This document shows positions 11,612 to 22,330 of a stretch of 64,000 nt of DNA, piece after piece. A program made the position numbers and the translations under genes. Location: the NCBI GenBank assembly GCA_965153285.1, contig OZ229111.1, one strand, 5' to 3'. This stretch comes from Podarcis tiliguerta (Eukaryota). Position 1 is the first letter of the stretch. Each line of letters begins with the position of its first letter. The notes under the pieces are model-generated. The model did not search any database and was not told the DNA's origin. It saw nothing but the letters and a program-made list of their open reading frames with translations.

Positions 11612-14166
11612 CTCCTTGATTTACTGTATCACACGTTGACTACTTTTTTGAAGAGAGATTTAGAAGCACACAAACAAAATCCATCTATTTAAACGTTTTG
11701 GAGCAGATATGGAGAACCTTTGGCCTTCTGAAAGTTGCTGAAGGATGACTGGCCATTAGCCAGGCTGGCTGGGGCTGGCGAGTTGTGGTCTAGCAACATC
11801 TTGAGAGCCAGAGGTTCACATACATCTATCTTAGAGCTGTTCAGAACTGTTTTCTGGACCCCTTGTGATTTTTAACCAATAGTAGACAAAAATTGCATAC
11901 ATAAATGGGACTTATCCTGCTCAGTATACCCGGGTGTTCCCTTTTTACAGTAGAGTGGACAGGAGGCTACCATTGAACAACATTTACTAGCATCGTTTGC
12001 TGTGCAAGAGAGGGCTCTAATCATGTTAGTCACTTGGTTAGTGAGACTACCGGAAAATTGTATTTTAACAACTCACGATGTGGTTAAAAAGAATAAAGAA
12101 CTAACACTAACAAATGAGATAGGGTGGGAGTTCATACAAGACCAACCTCTAAATCACAAGCTGGTATTTCTTGCAGGTAACCTTTCAGAGGCAAAATTTA
12201 AAAATTGTATTCATTGACAACTTACCTCTCTTGGACGCTTTAATACACATCCTAAAAAATGTTTTAAACACCACATGGCTGGCTTAGAAATAATTATTTG
12301 CTAATCATGAGTGTTGTCTCTGCTTCCATAATTTCACTGCACAAGCGAACTGGTAATAGTTGGAGGATAGAGAAGCAGAGAATGGCGAAGTCTCAGTATT
12401 TATGACCTTGGTCTGAACAGTGTTGCAACCACGGATGGGGCTGTGTAGGGTCATAGCAGTTAAGAGGATCAGCACCCCGTACACTTCATGTCAAGCCAGA
12501 ATGGGATACTACACTATATGGGCTGCTACAATGTAACCTTATCAAGCTTACTTGTCTTCAAACCTTTCTAGCATCCTCCCTATCCATTATTTCAAAACAT
12601 TCCACATTCCTTGAAAAGCAAGCTCTCGGAAAGAGAATTATGCAAGCTAAGTGAGTGTGCATACATCTATTTATTAATTGCATATTTTAGACACAAGTGG
12701 GCATACCCTGGTGCAGAATGTGGCGTAAACTCTTACCGCAGCATACACACACGCCTCCTCAGACTATCTCTTACAGTTCATGCTTTCTCCTTTTTACCCG
12801 AGGATCACTTCACATAAAGCAGCTTTCCTATGTACATCCCCTGTGACAGCTCTGGACTGCTGCATGTGTGTGGACACACTGCTAATTGCAATGTTCTGCT
12901 CATGTGATAAAGTGTTTGTGTATTTGCTACACATCACCAGGTATGTTCAGGGCTGGGGAACTGGTGGCTCTCCAACGCCCATCAGCCCCAGCCACCACGG
13001 TCAGTGGTTAAGAATGAGGGGAGCTGCAGTTCAACAACATCTGGAGGGCCACAGCTTCTCCATCCCTGAGTGCCATTTTCTGTACCAAAATGGTTATGAC
13101 CAAAAGAAATGCTATCTAGGGAGGTGGACCTCATAGAAGGAGGACCTCCTCATTCTCTGTGCTAATTAATCCCAGAGCAATGCCAGAAGATGAGTGCTCA
13201 AATAATAGGTCGGACAGAATTTGCCCACCTTGTCCTAAAAAGCAGTGCATCCACCTGCCTAACCTACTGTATATAACAAGCAGAACTGTATATAACTGCA
13301 ATATAGGACACACGCTATAAGCAGGCAACTTGGTCAAGTTTTCATTGTTTATTTTTGCCACTGGAGCTGATGAACATAATCATTTAGATTTTGTTATCAG
13401 ATCCTACTCAACTGCCTGGTTATTTGTCTTCCTGAGTAGCCAATAGTTAGTACTGAACAGAAAATCTAAGAGTAGCTTTGAATCTACAATATAATCAATC
13501 CAACAGGAAACACAGTTAACAGAGGAGTTGGGGGGGTGCACCCATGGTGCAGCCTATATTTTATTGCACCAAGAGTTGAGGACTGCTAAAACTTTTTAGC
13601 TTCACAGAGCTGTTCTTTGGCTACAATCGTCTCAAAAGCTCTCATCCACCAAGAAAAGGTTGGTCCAATAATGGATACCATTACCTTTTCCACCTTTTTT
13701 TAAAAAAAATCTGGCATTAACTACCTAAACACAGAGAGAAGAAGCAAGCAGACTTCAACTATCAAAGAAATCAAAATAGCACAAAACTGGTAAATAGTGT
13801 TGAACAGCAGTAAAAGGAAGAACTGTCTGAAGTACGTTATTTGCTTTATCTATTGGAACCAGCCATTGGCAGACTACAGAAACCAGGACACTGCACAAAG
13901 TTAAAAATCCATCAGTGAACAAGGCTTTACTGACAACTTTCCATACATTTAAAAAATAAGAACACAGCAGACAGTGTCACATATTAAAACAAAATGGGAT
14001 TAAAATGGTATTAAAATTAGAAACTAATTAAATTGTAGAATTTTTTTGGAGGACTTTTGGAGCCTCGCTCAAAAAAATTGGCCTTAAAAGCAACCAGGCT
14101 GTGTGAGATACAAAGAAATATGGAATCAGCAAAGAGGGAGGAAAGAGAGGAGACAGAGAGTAAATA

Positions 14167-16944
14167 CTAGGCAGTGTCTTTGACTATCACTATCACCATA
14201 TGCTCTTCTTCTAACTTTCCCAATGTTCTTAGTGCGGACTGGAGGTACTGCTGAGAGAATTCACAAGGAGGGAAAGCATAAAGCATGCCTGTGCTGTCTT
14301 TACCCTTCGCCCCTCCCACAGGAAGGCTGATCACCCCAGCAGCCTGTTTTTGTTTCAAGTAAGAGACCAGATTCCTGAGAAGCCTTCTTTGCAAGCCAGG
14401 CTCTACCACAGGGACGGCCCCTTCAGTGCTTGCTCCTTGAGCAGTCTGGGTAGCCAGCAGCACAGCATAGCCATTAGGGCTTCCTTGCTTGATACGTCGA
14501 GTTACTTCATCCAGCTTGGGCTGGTCAAGCCGAAGTCTCTGGGCAATCTTGAGCTGCGTAAGCTTTCCACCAGACAAGTGGTCTTTCAGAAGCCCATTGA
14601 TAACCCCCAAGTCGCCTTCAAGGATGTGCATAGATGTAGGGAAGCAGCTGTTTTTCAGGACAAGTAGCCCATTCCAGGCAAGCTGCAGCGTGTGGGCATA
14701 ATCTGATAAGCTTTTTAATTTCTTTGTTTCAGATTTGGACTCTTCATGAGTCTTTGATTCAGCCTCAGCAGTTCGATGATTGCGTTCGCTGTCCCTTTTC
14801 TTAGGCTGAGGATCAGATGTTTCACGGTGAGGCTTCTCCTCTGATGCATGCCTGTTGTTCTGCAGGGAGTTATTCTGCTCTTTCTCCGTGGCAGACTCTG
14901 TGGTGTGGTTCTCCTTCCGAGCCCTCTCTGGGCTGCGATCTAAAGCTGGCCCACCAGGTTTTGTCCTGCCTCTGTCCTCATAGGGCGAATGGGCAGTTCT
15001 CCCTCGGTCACTGGAAAGGCTACGGCGTTTACGCCTTTCCTCCCATGGTTTGAGCACGCTTCGGTCACTATCGCTGCCCCAACGTTCTCCACTTCGGCTG
15101 CGTGCCGACTGACTGTAGGTCTCCAAATTATTTCTGCGCTCTGCATTTTTGACAGGGCTGGTCCAATCAGCCTCTAAAAAGCCCCTTTCCCGGTCTGAGT
15201 AGAGGAGATGAGGAGGAGTCCTGTCTCTCACCCTTAAGTCTTGCTCTAGACTCCTGTGCCTGCTGTAGCCTTCAGGTAACAATTCATAGGGTACAGGCAG
15301 TGGTGCAGGTTGATACTGCTGAGGGTAGCGTGCCTCCTCAGCTTTGGCAAAATCCACTCGAAGTCTCCTGTCTGGCCCACCCAAAGGGAAGCCCCTCATT
15401 TGTGCACAGGCAGCCTGGGCAGCGTCTAAACTTTCATATTGAATGTAGGCAAAACTGTCCCCTTTCACATAGTCAATAGTCCTAATGCTTCCAAAGCGAT
15501 CAAATTCCCTAGCAAGGGCAGCTAGGGAAGTACTTGGACCAAGACCACCCACCCAAAGTCGGGTTGTGGGGTTGGCTTTCCCATAGCCAATTTTGATAGG
15601 GTTCCTGCCAACAACCCGGCCAGACATGGCAACCTTGGCTCGATGTGCCATGTCCAGGTTCTGGAACTTCAGAAAGGCATAGGCTCCACCTTGGCCCCTT
15701 GCAGGGCGCTTGATCACCACTTCCTCAATGATGCCGTATTTTTCAAAGGCACGCCTCAGTTCTACCTCAGAGACGCTGTGGTCCAGATTGCCAATAAAGA
15801 GATTACGAGTCGCTCTTTGATCATCCTCTGGCATAAGATCCTCTTCAGCCACTATGGGATAGCCATAGGGGCGGCCGCGCTCGTCATACAGTCCATAGTA
15901 ATCCAGCACTCTCTCCCGCTCCCGAGAGAGACCCAAGGCAACAGCTTCCAAGGCAAAGGCTGCAGCGGCAGCATGTCGTGGTCTGGGCTCTCTCAGCAAA
16001 GGGGTGGCAACAGGAGAAAGAGATCTCTGTTTATAAGGATAGACACCATGGATTGGGGGCAGGAAAGCCATGGGTTCAGGGGACGGGGTAGGTGGGGGCG
16101 TGCGGCTTCGTCTGCCCCCTCGCAGGTACACAGGCTCCACCTTGAGGGGGCGATCGTAGAGGAGAAGCTGCCGGGCTCTGGCATGCCTTCGAGCATCTCG
16201 GGCGTCCGCCGGGTGCCTGAAGTTGACATAGGCAACGCGGCCGAGCTCGGGGGTATGGGAGAGCTTGACGCTAATGTCACTGGCGCCGCCGCTAGCGAAC
16301 CTCTGGAACTGGCGGAACAGACCGTCCTCCAGAAGCTGGTCCGGGAGGGCCGGGCCCAGGCCGCTCACCAGCAGGGTCTTGTACTCGCTGGAGCCGGGGG
16401 GATCCCCGGCCAGCCCCACCCCGGCCGTCAGTCCGAGCCCCGGCGCCAAAAGCAGCGACGGCGCGGCCACCGCCGAAGGCCCGCCCAGCAGCAAAGATGG
16501 GGCGACCACGGCGGCCAGAGGCACTTTGGCCTTGGCGGCCCCCAGCGCCCGCGAAGAAGACGACGAGGACGAGGAGGAGGACGGGGGCGGCGGCGCCGCG
16601 GCGGAGGCGGCTTGGCTGCTGCTGCTGCTCCTGGCGCTGGACGAGGCGGCGCCGCGGTGGTTGGAGTCGCCTCCGCCTCCGGGCCGCTCTTCCCCGCGGT
16701 GGCTGCGCGAGCTGGAGCCTCCCGCCGCCGACTTGTCCCGGCCGCTGCGCGACGAGGCGGAGGCGGAGGCGGACGACGACGACGAGGAGGCGCCCGAGCT
16801 CCGGTGCGGGCCCCGCCGGCTGCTGCTCCCGCCGCTGGCGCCGCTGCTCTCGCGCTCCCGCTCGCGGGGCCTCTTGGCCGAGGAGGCGCCCCGCGTCCCC
16901 CCGGACCCCGCCGGGCTGGAATCCCGCTCGCTCGCCCGCTTCAT
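14167..16944 (-). CDS. RBM15B: RNA-binding motif protein 15B (SPEN family; 3 RRMs + SPOC), intronless CDS, 925 aa
   Basis: Uninterrupted ORF with RRMs (YKTLLVSGL..RVAYVNF; ATRNLFIGNL..AYAFLKF; TTRLWVGGL..FAYIQY) and a C-terminal SPOC domain (LAWNGLLVLKNS...LRNLVSYLKQKQAAGVISL...HMVIVIVKDTA). Syntenic between MANF and DCAF1. Confidence 0.97.
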   Translation of the reverse strand: MKRASERDSSPAGSGGTRGASSAKRPRERERESSGASGGSSSRRGPHRSSGASSSSSSASASASSRSGRDKSAAGGSSSRSHRGEERPGGGGDSNHRGAASSSARSSSSSQAASAAAPPPPSSSSSSSSSSRALGAAKAKVPLAAVVAPSLLLGGPSAVAAPSLLLAPGLGLTAGVGLAGDPPGSSEYKTLLVSGLGPALPDQLLEDGLFRQFQRFASGGASDISVKLSHTPELGRVAYVNFRHPADARDARRHARARQLLLYDRPLKVEPVYLRGGRRSRTPPPTPSPEPMAFLPPIHGVYPYKQRSLSPVATPLLREPRPRHAAAAAFALEAVALGLSRERERVLDYYGLYDERGRPYGYPIVAEEDLMPEDDQRATRNLFIGNLDHSVSEVELRRAFEKYGIIEEVVIKRPARGQGGAYAFLKFQNLDMAHRAKVAMSGRVVGRNPIKIGYGKANPTTRLWVGGLGPSTSLAALAREFDRFGSIRTIDYVKGDSFAYIQYESLDAAQAACAQMRGFPLGGPDRRLRVDFAKAEEARYPQQYQPAPLPVPYELLPEGYSRHRSLEQDLRVRDRTPPHLLYSDRERGFLEADWTSPVKNAERRNNLETYSQSARSRSGERWGSDSDRSVLKPWEERRKRRSLSSDRGRTAHSPYEDRGRTKPGGPALDRSPERARKENHTTESATEKEQNNSLQNNRHASEEKPHRETSDPQPKKRDSERNHRTAEAESKTHEESKSETKKLKSLSDYAHTLQLAWNGLLVLKNSCFPTSMHILEGDLGVINGLLKDHLSGGKLTQLKIAQRLRLDQPKLDEVTRRIKQGSPNGYAVLLATQTAQGASTEGAVPVVEPGLQRRLLRNLVSYLKQKQAAGVISLPVGGAKGKDSTGMLYAFPPCEFSQQYLQSALRTLGKLEEEHMVIVIVKDTA

Positions 16945-17460
16945 GGCTCCGGGGCCCGCGATTCAGGAGGCGCCTCTGGCGGCAGCTGCCATCTTGGACA
17001 AAAGGGAACGAGCGAAGGCGGCTCTGCCCAGTTGCCGCGCCGTGCGCGCCGACGACGTCATCAGTCCGCGACCCCGCCCCGAGCCTGCCGAGCGACGGGC
17101 CGCGTCCGTAATGGCTCCGGCTGGACGCCGCGGCCGCCGCCCAAAAGCCCCTCCTGCTCGCGCCCGCCCGGCGGCCGGCAGAGGACGGGGAGGCGAGGAG
17201 CAAAGCCCCTCCGTGTTCCCGGCCGGGCGCTGCCGCCTTCCCGCCTCCACGGGACTTACCTACCGCTCAGTCTGAGGAGTAGAAAGTGCATAGCAAGTGA
17301 GAGCAGGAAGGCCAGCGCTTTCCCCCTTCCTCTGCTCCTCTCCCTTTTCTGCAAGTAGAAATAAAGCGGATGCCACTTTCCCTCTCTCGGCCAAAGCGCG
17401 CCGCCTCCGACGAGCGGCTGTTAGGCGGAGGAAGGGAGCAACCGGCGATCGCGCACACGT
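16150..17460. promoter_or_regulatory. CpG island / promoter of RBM15B
   Basis: Abrupt very high GC and CpG density over the 5' CDS and upstream. YY1-like CAAGATGGC (- strand, ~16988-16996) and a TGACG half-CRE (~17056-17060). Confidence 0.85.
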
Positions 17461-17630
17461 GCAAAACTATTGGTCTCTGAGCATTGAAGGGCAAACACGC
17501 ATTTACAAAAATCACTTGCATTACATGCCGTTAAAATAAAATGTGCTGGCAGAAGCTGCAAAAACAAGGAAATTATATTGCTGCAACGGTAGTTAATACC
17601 CACGTCCCGTATGCAGAAAGTAGAAAAGAT

Positions 17631-18667
17631 GCATTTGGCAAGGTGCCCCATGATATTCTTGTAAAGAAGCTGGTAAAATACGGTCTTGACTATGCTACCA
17701 CTCAGTGGATTTGTAACTGGCTGACTGACCGAACCCAAAGGGTGCTCATCAATGGTTCCTCTTCATCCTGGAGAAGAGTGACTAGTGGGGTGCCACAGGG
17801 TTCTGTCTTGGGCCCGGTCTTATTCAACATCTTTATCAACGACTTGGATGATGGACTCAAGGGCATCCTGATCAAATTTGCAGATGACACCAAACTGGGA
17901 GGGGTGGCTAACACTCCAGAGGACAGGATCACACTTCAAAACGACCTTGACAGATTAGAGAACTGGGCAAAAACAAACAAGATGAACTTTAACAGGGAGA
18001 AATGTAAAGTATTGCACTTGGGCAAAAAAAAATAGGAGGCAGAAATACAAGATGGGTGACACCTGGCTTGAGAGCAGTACATGTGAAAAGGATCTAGGAG
18101 TCTTGGTTGACCACAAACTTGACATGAGCCAACAGTGTGACGTGGCAGCTAAAAAAGCCAATGCAATTCTGGGCTGCATCAATAGGGGTATAGCATCTAG
18201 ATCAAGTGAAGTAATAGTGCCACTGTATTCTGCTCTGGAGGGCAACCAAAATGGTCATAGGCCTGGAAACGATGCCTTATGAGGAACGGCTAAGGGAGCT
18301 GGGCATGTTTAGCCTGGAGAACGGGAGGTTAAGGGGTGATATGATAGCCATGTTCAAATATATAAAAGGATGTCATATAGAGGAGGGAGAAAGGTTTCTG
18401 CTGCTCCAGAGAAGCAGACACGGAGCAATGGATCCAAACTACAAGAGAGAAGATTCCACCTAAACATTAGGAAGAACTTCCTGACAGTAAGAGCTGTTTG
18501 ACAGTGGAATTTGCTGCCAAGGAGTGTGGTGGAGTCTCCTTCTTTGGAGGTCTTTAAGCAGAGGCTTGACAACCATATGTCAGGAGTGCTCTGATGGTGT
18601 TTCCTGCTTGGCAGGGGGTTGGACTCGATGGCCCTTGTGGTCTATTCCAACTCTAGGATTCTAGGAT
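17631..18667 (+). mobile_element. 5'-truncated CR1 LINE (RT C-terminus, 3'UTR and tail)
   Basis: Encodes AFGKVPH...[22 protein letters not shown]...[10 protein letters not shown]...KCKVLHLG (CR1 RT). Frameshift at the A-run ~18024-18033, internal deletion near 18238, CR1 3' end ttccaactctaggattctaggat. Confidence 0.95.
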
Positions 18668-20455
18668 AAAGCTTGTTAGTTACGTAAAGGAGCCACGGTG
18701 TCTTTTTCATCTATTCAGACATAGTGTTAGAAACAGAGATATGAGAACCAAAGCTAAATGGCACCTTAAACCTAGGTTATCGGTGCAACAATGAAATGTC
18801 TAGGCGCACTTTTTAAATAACAAGAATACAAAGCTGAAAATAAATGAATTGCAGCTAAAATATTTTCATTTTTCACATGGTCTAGTCCTTCTCCTGCCCA
18901 CCCCCCTAATATTCTTTAAAGGGTTTCTTCTCCAGTCTTCAGAGTAGCTGGAAGTGGGGAGGCAGAAAAAGGTCCTCCTTTCCTTCCACTCTGCAGTTTT
19001 AATCTTAAATCTTAGGCGCAGTACTGCACCCAGAGCTCCGAAACTAATGAAATTCATTGTCGCAAAATGCACCTAGAACACTGGATATAGCCAAGGATAA
19101 GCTTAAAAAAGTCAAAATCCTTTCATTTTGTATTACCTTGATTAAAAATATATACTAAAATACTGCAGGCCCATTCAGAACCATGCTGTCAAGTTATTTT
19201 GTCCTATAAGAGACCAGACATGTAGCACATAAAACAGTAAATGTGCATGAGATTGTGCTGTAACAGAAGTTTAAATATATGATGTACTTTTCAAAAACAG
19301 TCTTTTCTGCGAGGTGGGGGAGGCTATGCAGGTGGGTAATCTGTCAACAGTAACTGCCCTAAAGTTGTTTAAAACACGTAATTTTTCTCAAGAGCAATAT
19401 ATTTTTCTCTATGATGCTGTTTTTAGTCAAACTTTGGTGAGAATTGAGATTTTGGCAGCAACCACCCATATATGAAGGGTTTAGCTCACAACTGCATTTT
19501 GTGTGTGTGGTCATTTAAAGGTGTCTCCATAAATGACCTGGTACAACACACTCTTTTATTACATTAGTATATATTAACTGCTTCTTTTACTTGTGAACTG
19601 AAGTTGCCAAAAAGCTTTCCAAGAGCACGAGAGAACCCGAAATCAACCCCTACCCATTTTATTTTTTATTTCATGGATATACAGAAGCTACGTATTCCAG
19701 ATTCAGCTGCCTTACATAGATGTAGCTGGTCAGGATTGTATTCAGTACTGTATTGACAACTGTAAATACAGAATCAGAATACAAGGAAGTTATCTTGCAT
19801 AGATGGTGTTGGTTTACCTCAGAGCTGTAGAAAAACAGCACTCGGACTGATTGTACAGCTGTACAGGATCAGGGGCTTAAATTTTTGAAAGCAAAGTACC
19901 GTTTTCTTAACAACTTCAGGTAGCACGAACTGGCTCTTTAAGACCATGCAACAATCCAAAGACCAAATATAGCGCACATGTTCACCTGGATGTGAAGTAG
20001 CAAAATGCAGAGATTTTACAAGGCATTAGTCAGGAGAGGAGGTATCTCAGAAGCCACACTAGCCCAGCATTTTATCAAAACATGGTCATTATTAGGGCTC
20101 ACCCATTCTCACTCATCCCATTCCTAAAAGCATGGGTCCAAGAGGTTTTCTGCTTGTCCTGTGCCTAGAAAGCACAGGTCCAAGCAATTACTTGTTTTCC
20201 CCACAGCTTTTTCTGGAAAAACCTGCTGAATCAGAACAAATGCAATCTGTGGAACACCTGATTGCTGTTTGTTCCGATTCATTGGTAAAAAGCAGGTTTC
20301 CCCAGGGGAAAGCGGCAGAGCAAATGGAAGTGTAGATGAGTCCTAAATATCAAAGCACCAAGTACGAAGTAAGGATCTGTGTTGGCATCAGCCAGACTTG
20401 CATAAAACTCATACAAATCCTACTAATGCAACTGACAAGACTGGCTTTCTTAACT

Positions 20456-20461
20456 TTTATT
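20456..20461 (-). terminator. Candidate proximal MANF polyadenylation signal
   Basis: AATAAA on the - strand ~230 nt past the stop. Further candidates near 19555 and 19660. Confidence 0.45.
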
Positions 20462-20687
20462 TCAAAAATCCCATACATACGTCAATGTCTTAAACATAAA
20501 TTGGAGACAAAAGAAATAAAAACTTGAGACACGACGAGGCAGTTGAACCAGCATTGCAAGAACCGCTTCACTTTGACACTTGAAACCCAGTTAAATAAGT
20601 TACAAAAACAGCTTTCCAGAAAAGAAAATAGAAAGATTAACATAGTTTGTGTTTGATTTGCTAATGATTTAGAGGCCACTATGGTGG

Positions 20688-20872
20688 TCAGAGGTCTGTC
20701 CGTGAACTGGCTGCTTTTGGTGCATACTGAGGCATCAGTTCATTGATTTTCCGAATGTAATCTGACTTTTCTGCACAGCCTTTGCATGTTTCCCCCCAGT
20801 CATCTAGAATCTTCTTCAGTTCTTTGACTCTCAGTTTCTTCAGGTCCACAGTGCTCAAGTCAATCTGTTTAT
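20688..20872 (-). CDS. MANF: MANF exon 4 (SAP-like domain, CKGC motif, RTDL retention signal)
   Basis: Acceptor ttatcag. [61 protein letters not shown]. Confidence 0.96.
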
Positions 20873-22188
20873 CTGATAAAGAGAAGGGCATATTACTGTA
20901 TGAAGCATTGTTAGTCCACAAGTTTAACTGACCACAATTCAGAAATTTCAGGAGGACTTGTTCCCAGTTCAAGTATCATAGGAATGCAGCCTTAGACACA
21001 AAACATGGCTATCACATAGCTGAAATTGTACAAGTCATAGCACCTCCTAGAGACTATTTCATTAAGAGCACAGGTTTTCACAGATAATATCTATACTTGA
21101 GGAAGATAAGACACTGGAATGTATAGTAGGAGTCGAGAACAGAATGCAGTTAACAGGCTGTACCCTGAGCACTATTGCAGATGAACTCAGTGATGGGAGC
21201 TGGAATATAAGAGGTCAAGCAATCATGGAGGTATTTTGCATTGAAGTTCTTCCTGGAGGCAAGGGAAGTGGCCTAGTCGCCCTTGGCTCAGTGGCTGATG
21301 TCAGAAGCAAGAGCGTGCTGCCCTTCATCTCTGACATCCCTAGGCAACAAGCGAACAGCCCCAACTGGACACAACGGCCACGTGCAGATTATCTTTCAAA
21401 TATGTACTCCAATTCCCTGGTTTGTGACAAAGCATACTTTGCCTGGTTGGAATATATTAGCAACTGTGGCTCGCCAAAATGAAATGAAAACATGTCTGTT
21501 GGTGGGAGCCGACAGATAAACCATAATTTGTCTGCTGTATGGAACTTAGCTCAACCTTTTGTCTGAAATCTGATCAGTCCATTGTCACAGTTCAGCATCC
21601 TCACCATAAAACTACTGTCTATGAAAAACCCAATAGCTAGCTAGATGATGATCCTCTATAGTAAGGTGGAAATCTGTGGCCTTCCAGATGTTGTTGGACT
21701 CTTATCAGTTCAAATATGGCCAATGGTCAGGAATGACAGAAGTTGTTGACCAACATTTGGAGGGCCACAGATCCTCCATTCCTGCTCTACGACCTCATGT
21801 TCTCCTCAGCAATATTCATAAGCAGCCCATAGTTCAGAGCTATATTTGTATCGTATTTTCCTAGGAACCATGTTGGGTCTTCACTGTTTCAATGCAGTTC
21901 TCTGGTACTGAATTAATTCTATTACCATTTTCCTTATCTGTATGATTGGGGGCAGGGGGAATGGAGAAAAAGTTTTATCTAACTGATATGCGTAAGATCT
22001 TGTCTTTTACTTGGAAGTATGTTGCACTTTCTCCAATGGGCCATACTGCCAGGCTAACTCAAGATGACTGCACAAGTCATTTCCTCTCTACCACAACACA
22101 GCCGGTAACTTTAGCACTCTTGCTCTCTCTACATAAGGAAGATATCAAGGACCAAAGTAACAATCACTGGTAATCTGCTTATACTCAC

Positions 22189-22330
22189 CATATTTCAGGT
22201 CACAGATCTGACTATCTTTCTTCTTCAGTTTCTCGCAAACCTTGTCAACAGGGATGTGATTACTTAGGGGTTTTGACACCTCATTAGTTATTTTAGTGGC
22301 TGCATCACTGGTTGCTCCAATGTAATAGCA
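22189..22330 (-). CDS. MANF: MANF exon 3
   Basis: ctag acceptor, gtgagt donor, 142 nt. [47 protein letters not shown]. Confidence 0.96.

Noticed and set aside
15643-17358. 571-aa + strand ORF and other long overlapping ORFs (16265-17275, 16292-17203, 16497-17111)
   Set aside because: Antisense or alternate-frame shadows of the GC-rich RBM15B CDS and CpG island; stop codons are scarce at this GC content and the products are low-complexity with no recognisable domain.
17541-18035. 164-aa reverse-transcriptase ORF as a host gene
   Set aside because: Fragment of a truncated, frameshifted CR1; the N-terminal residues come from flanking DNA.
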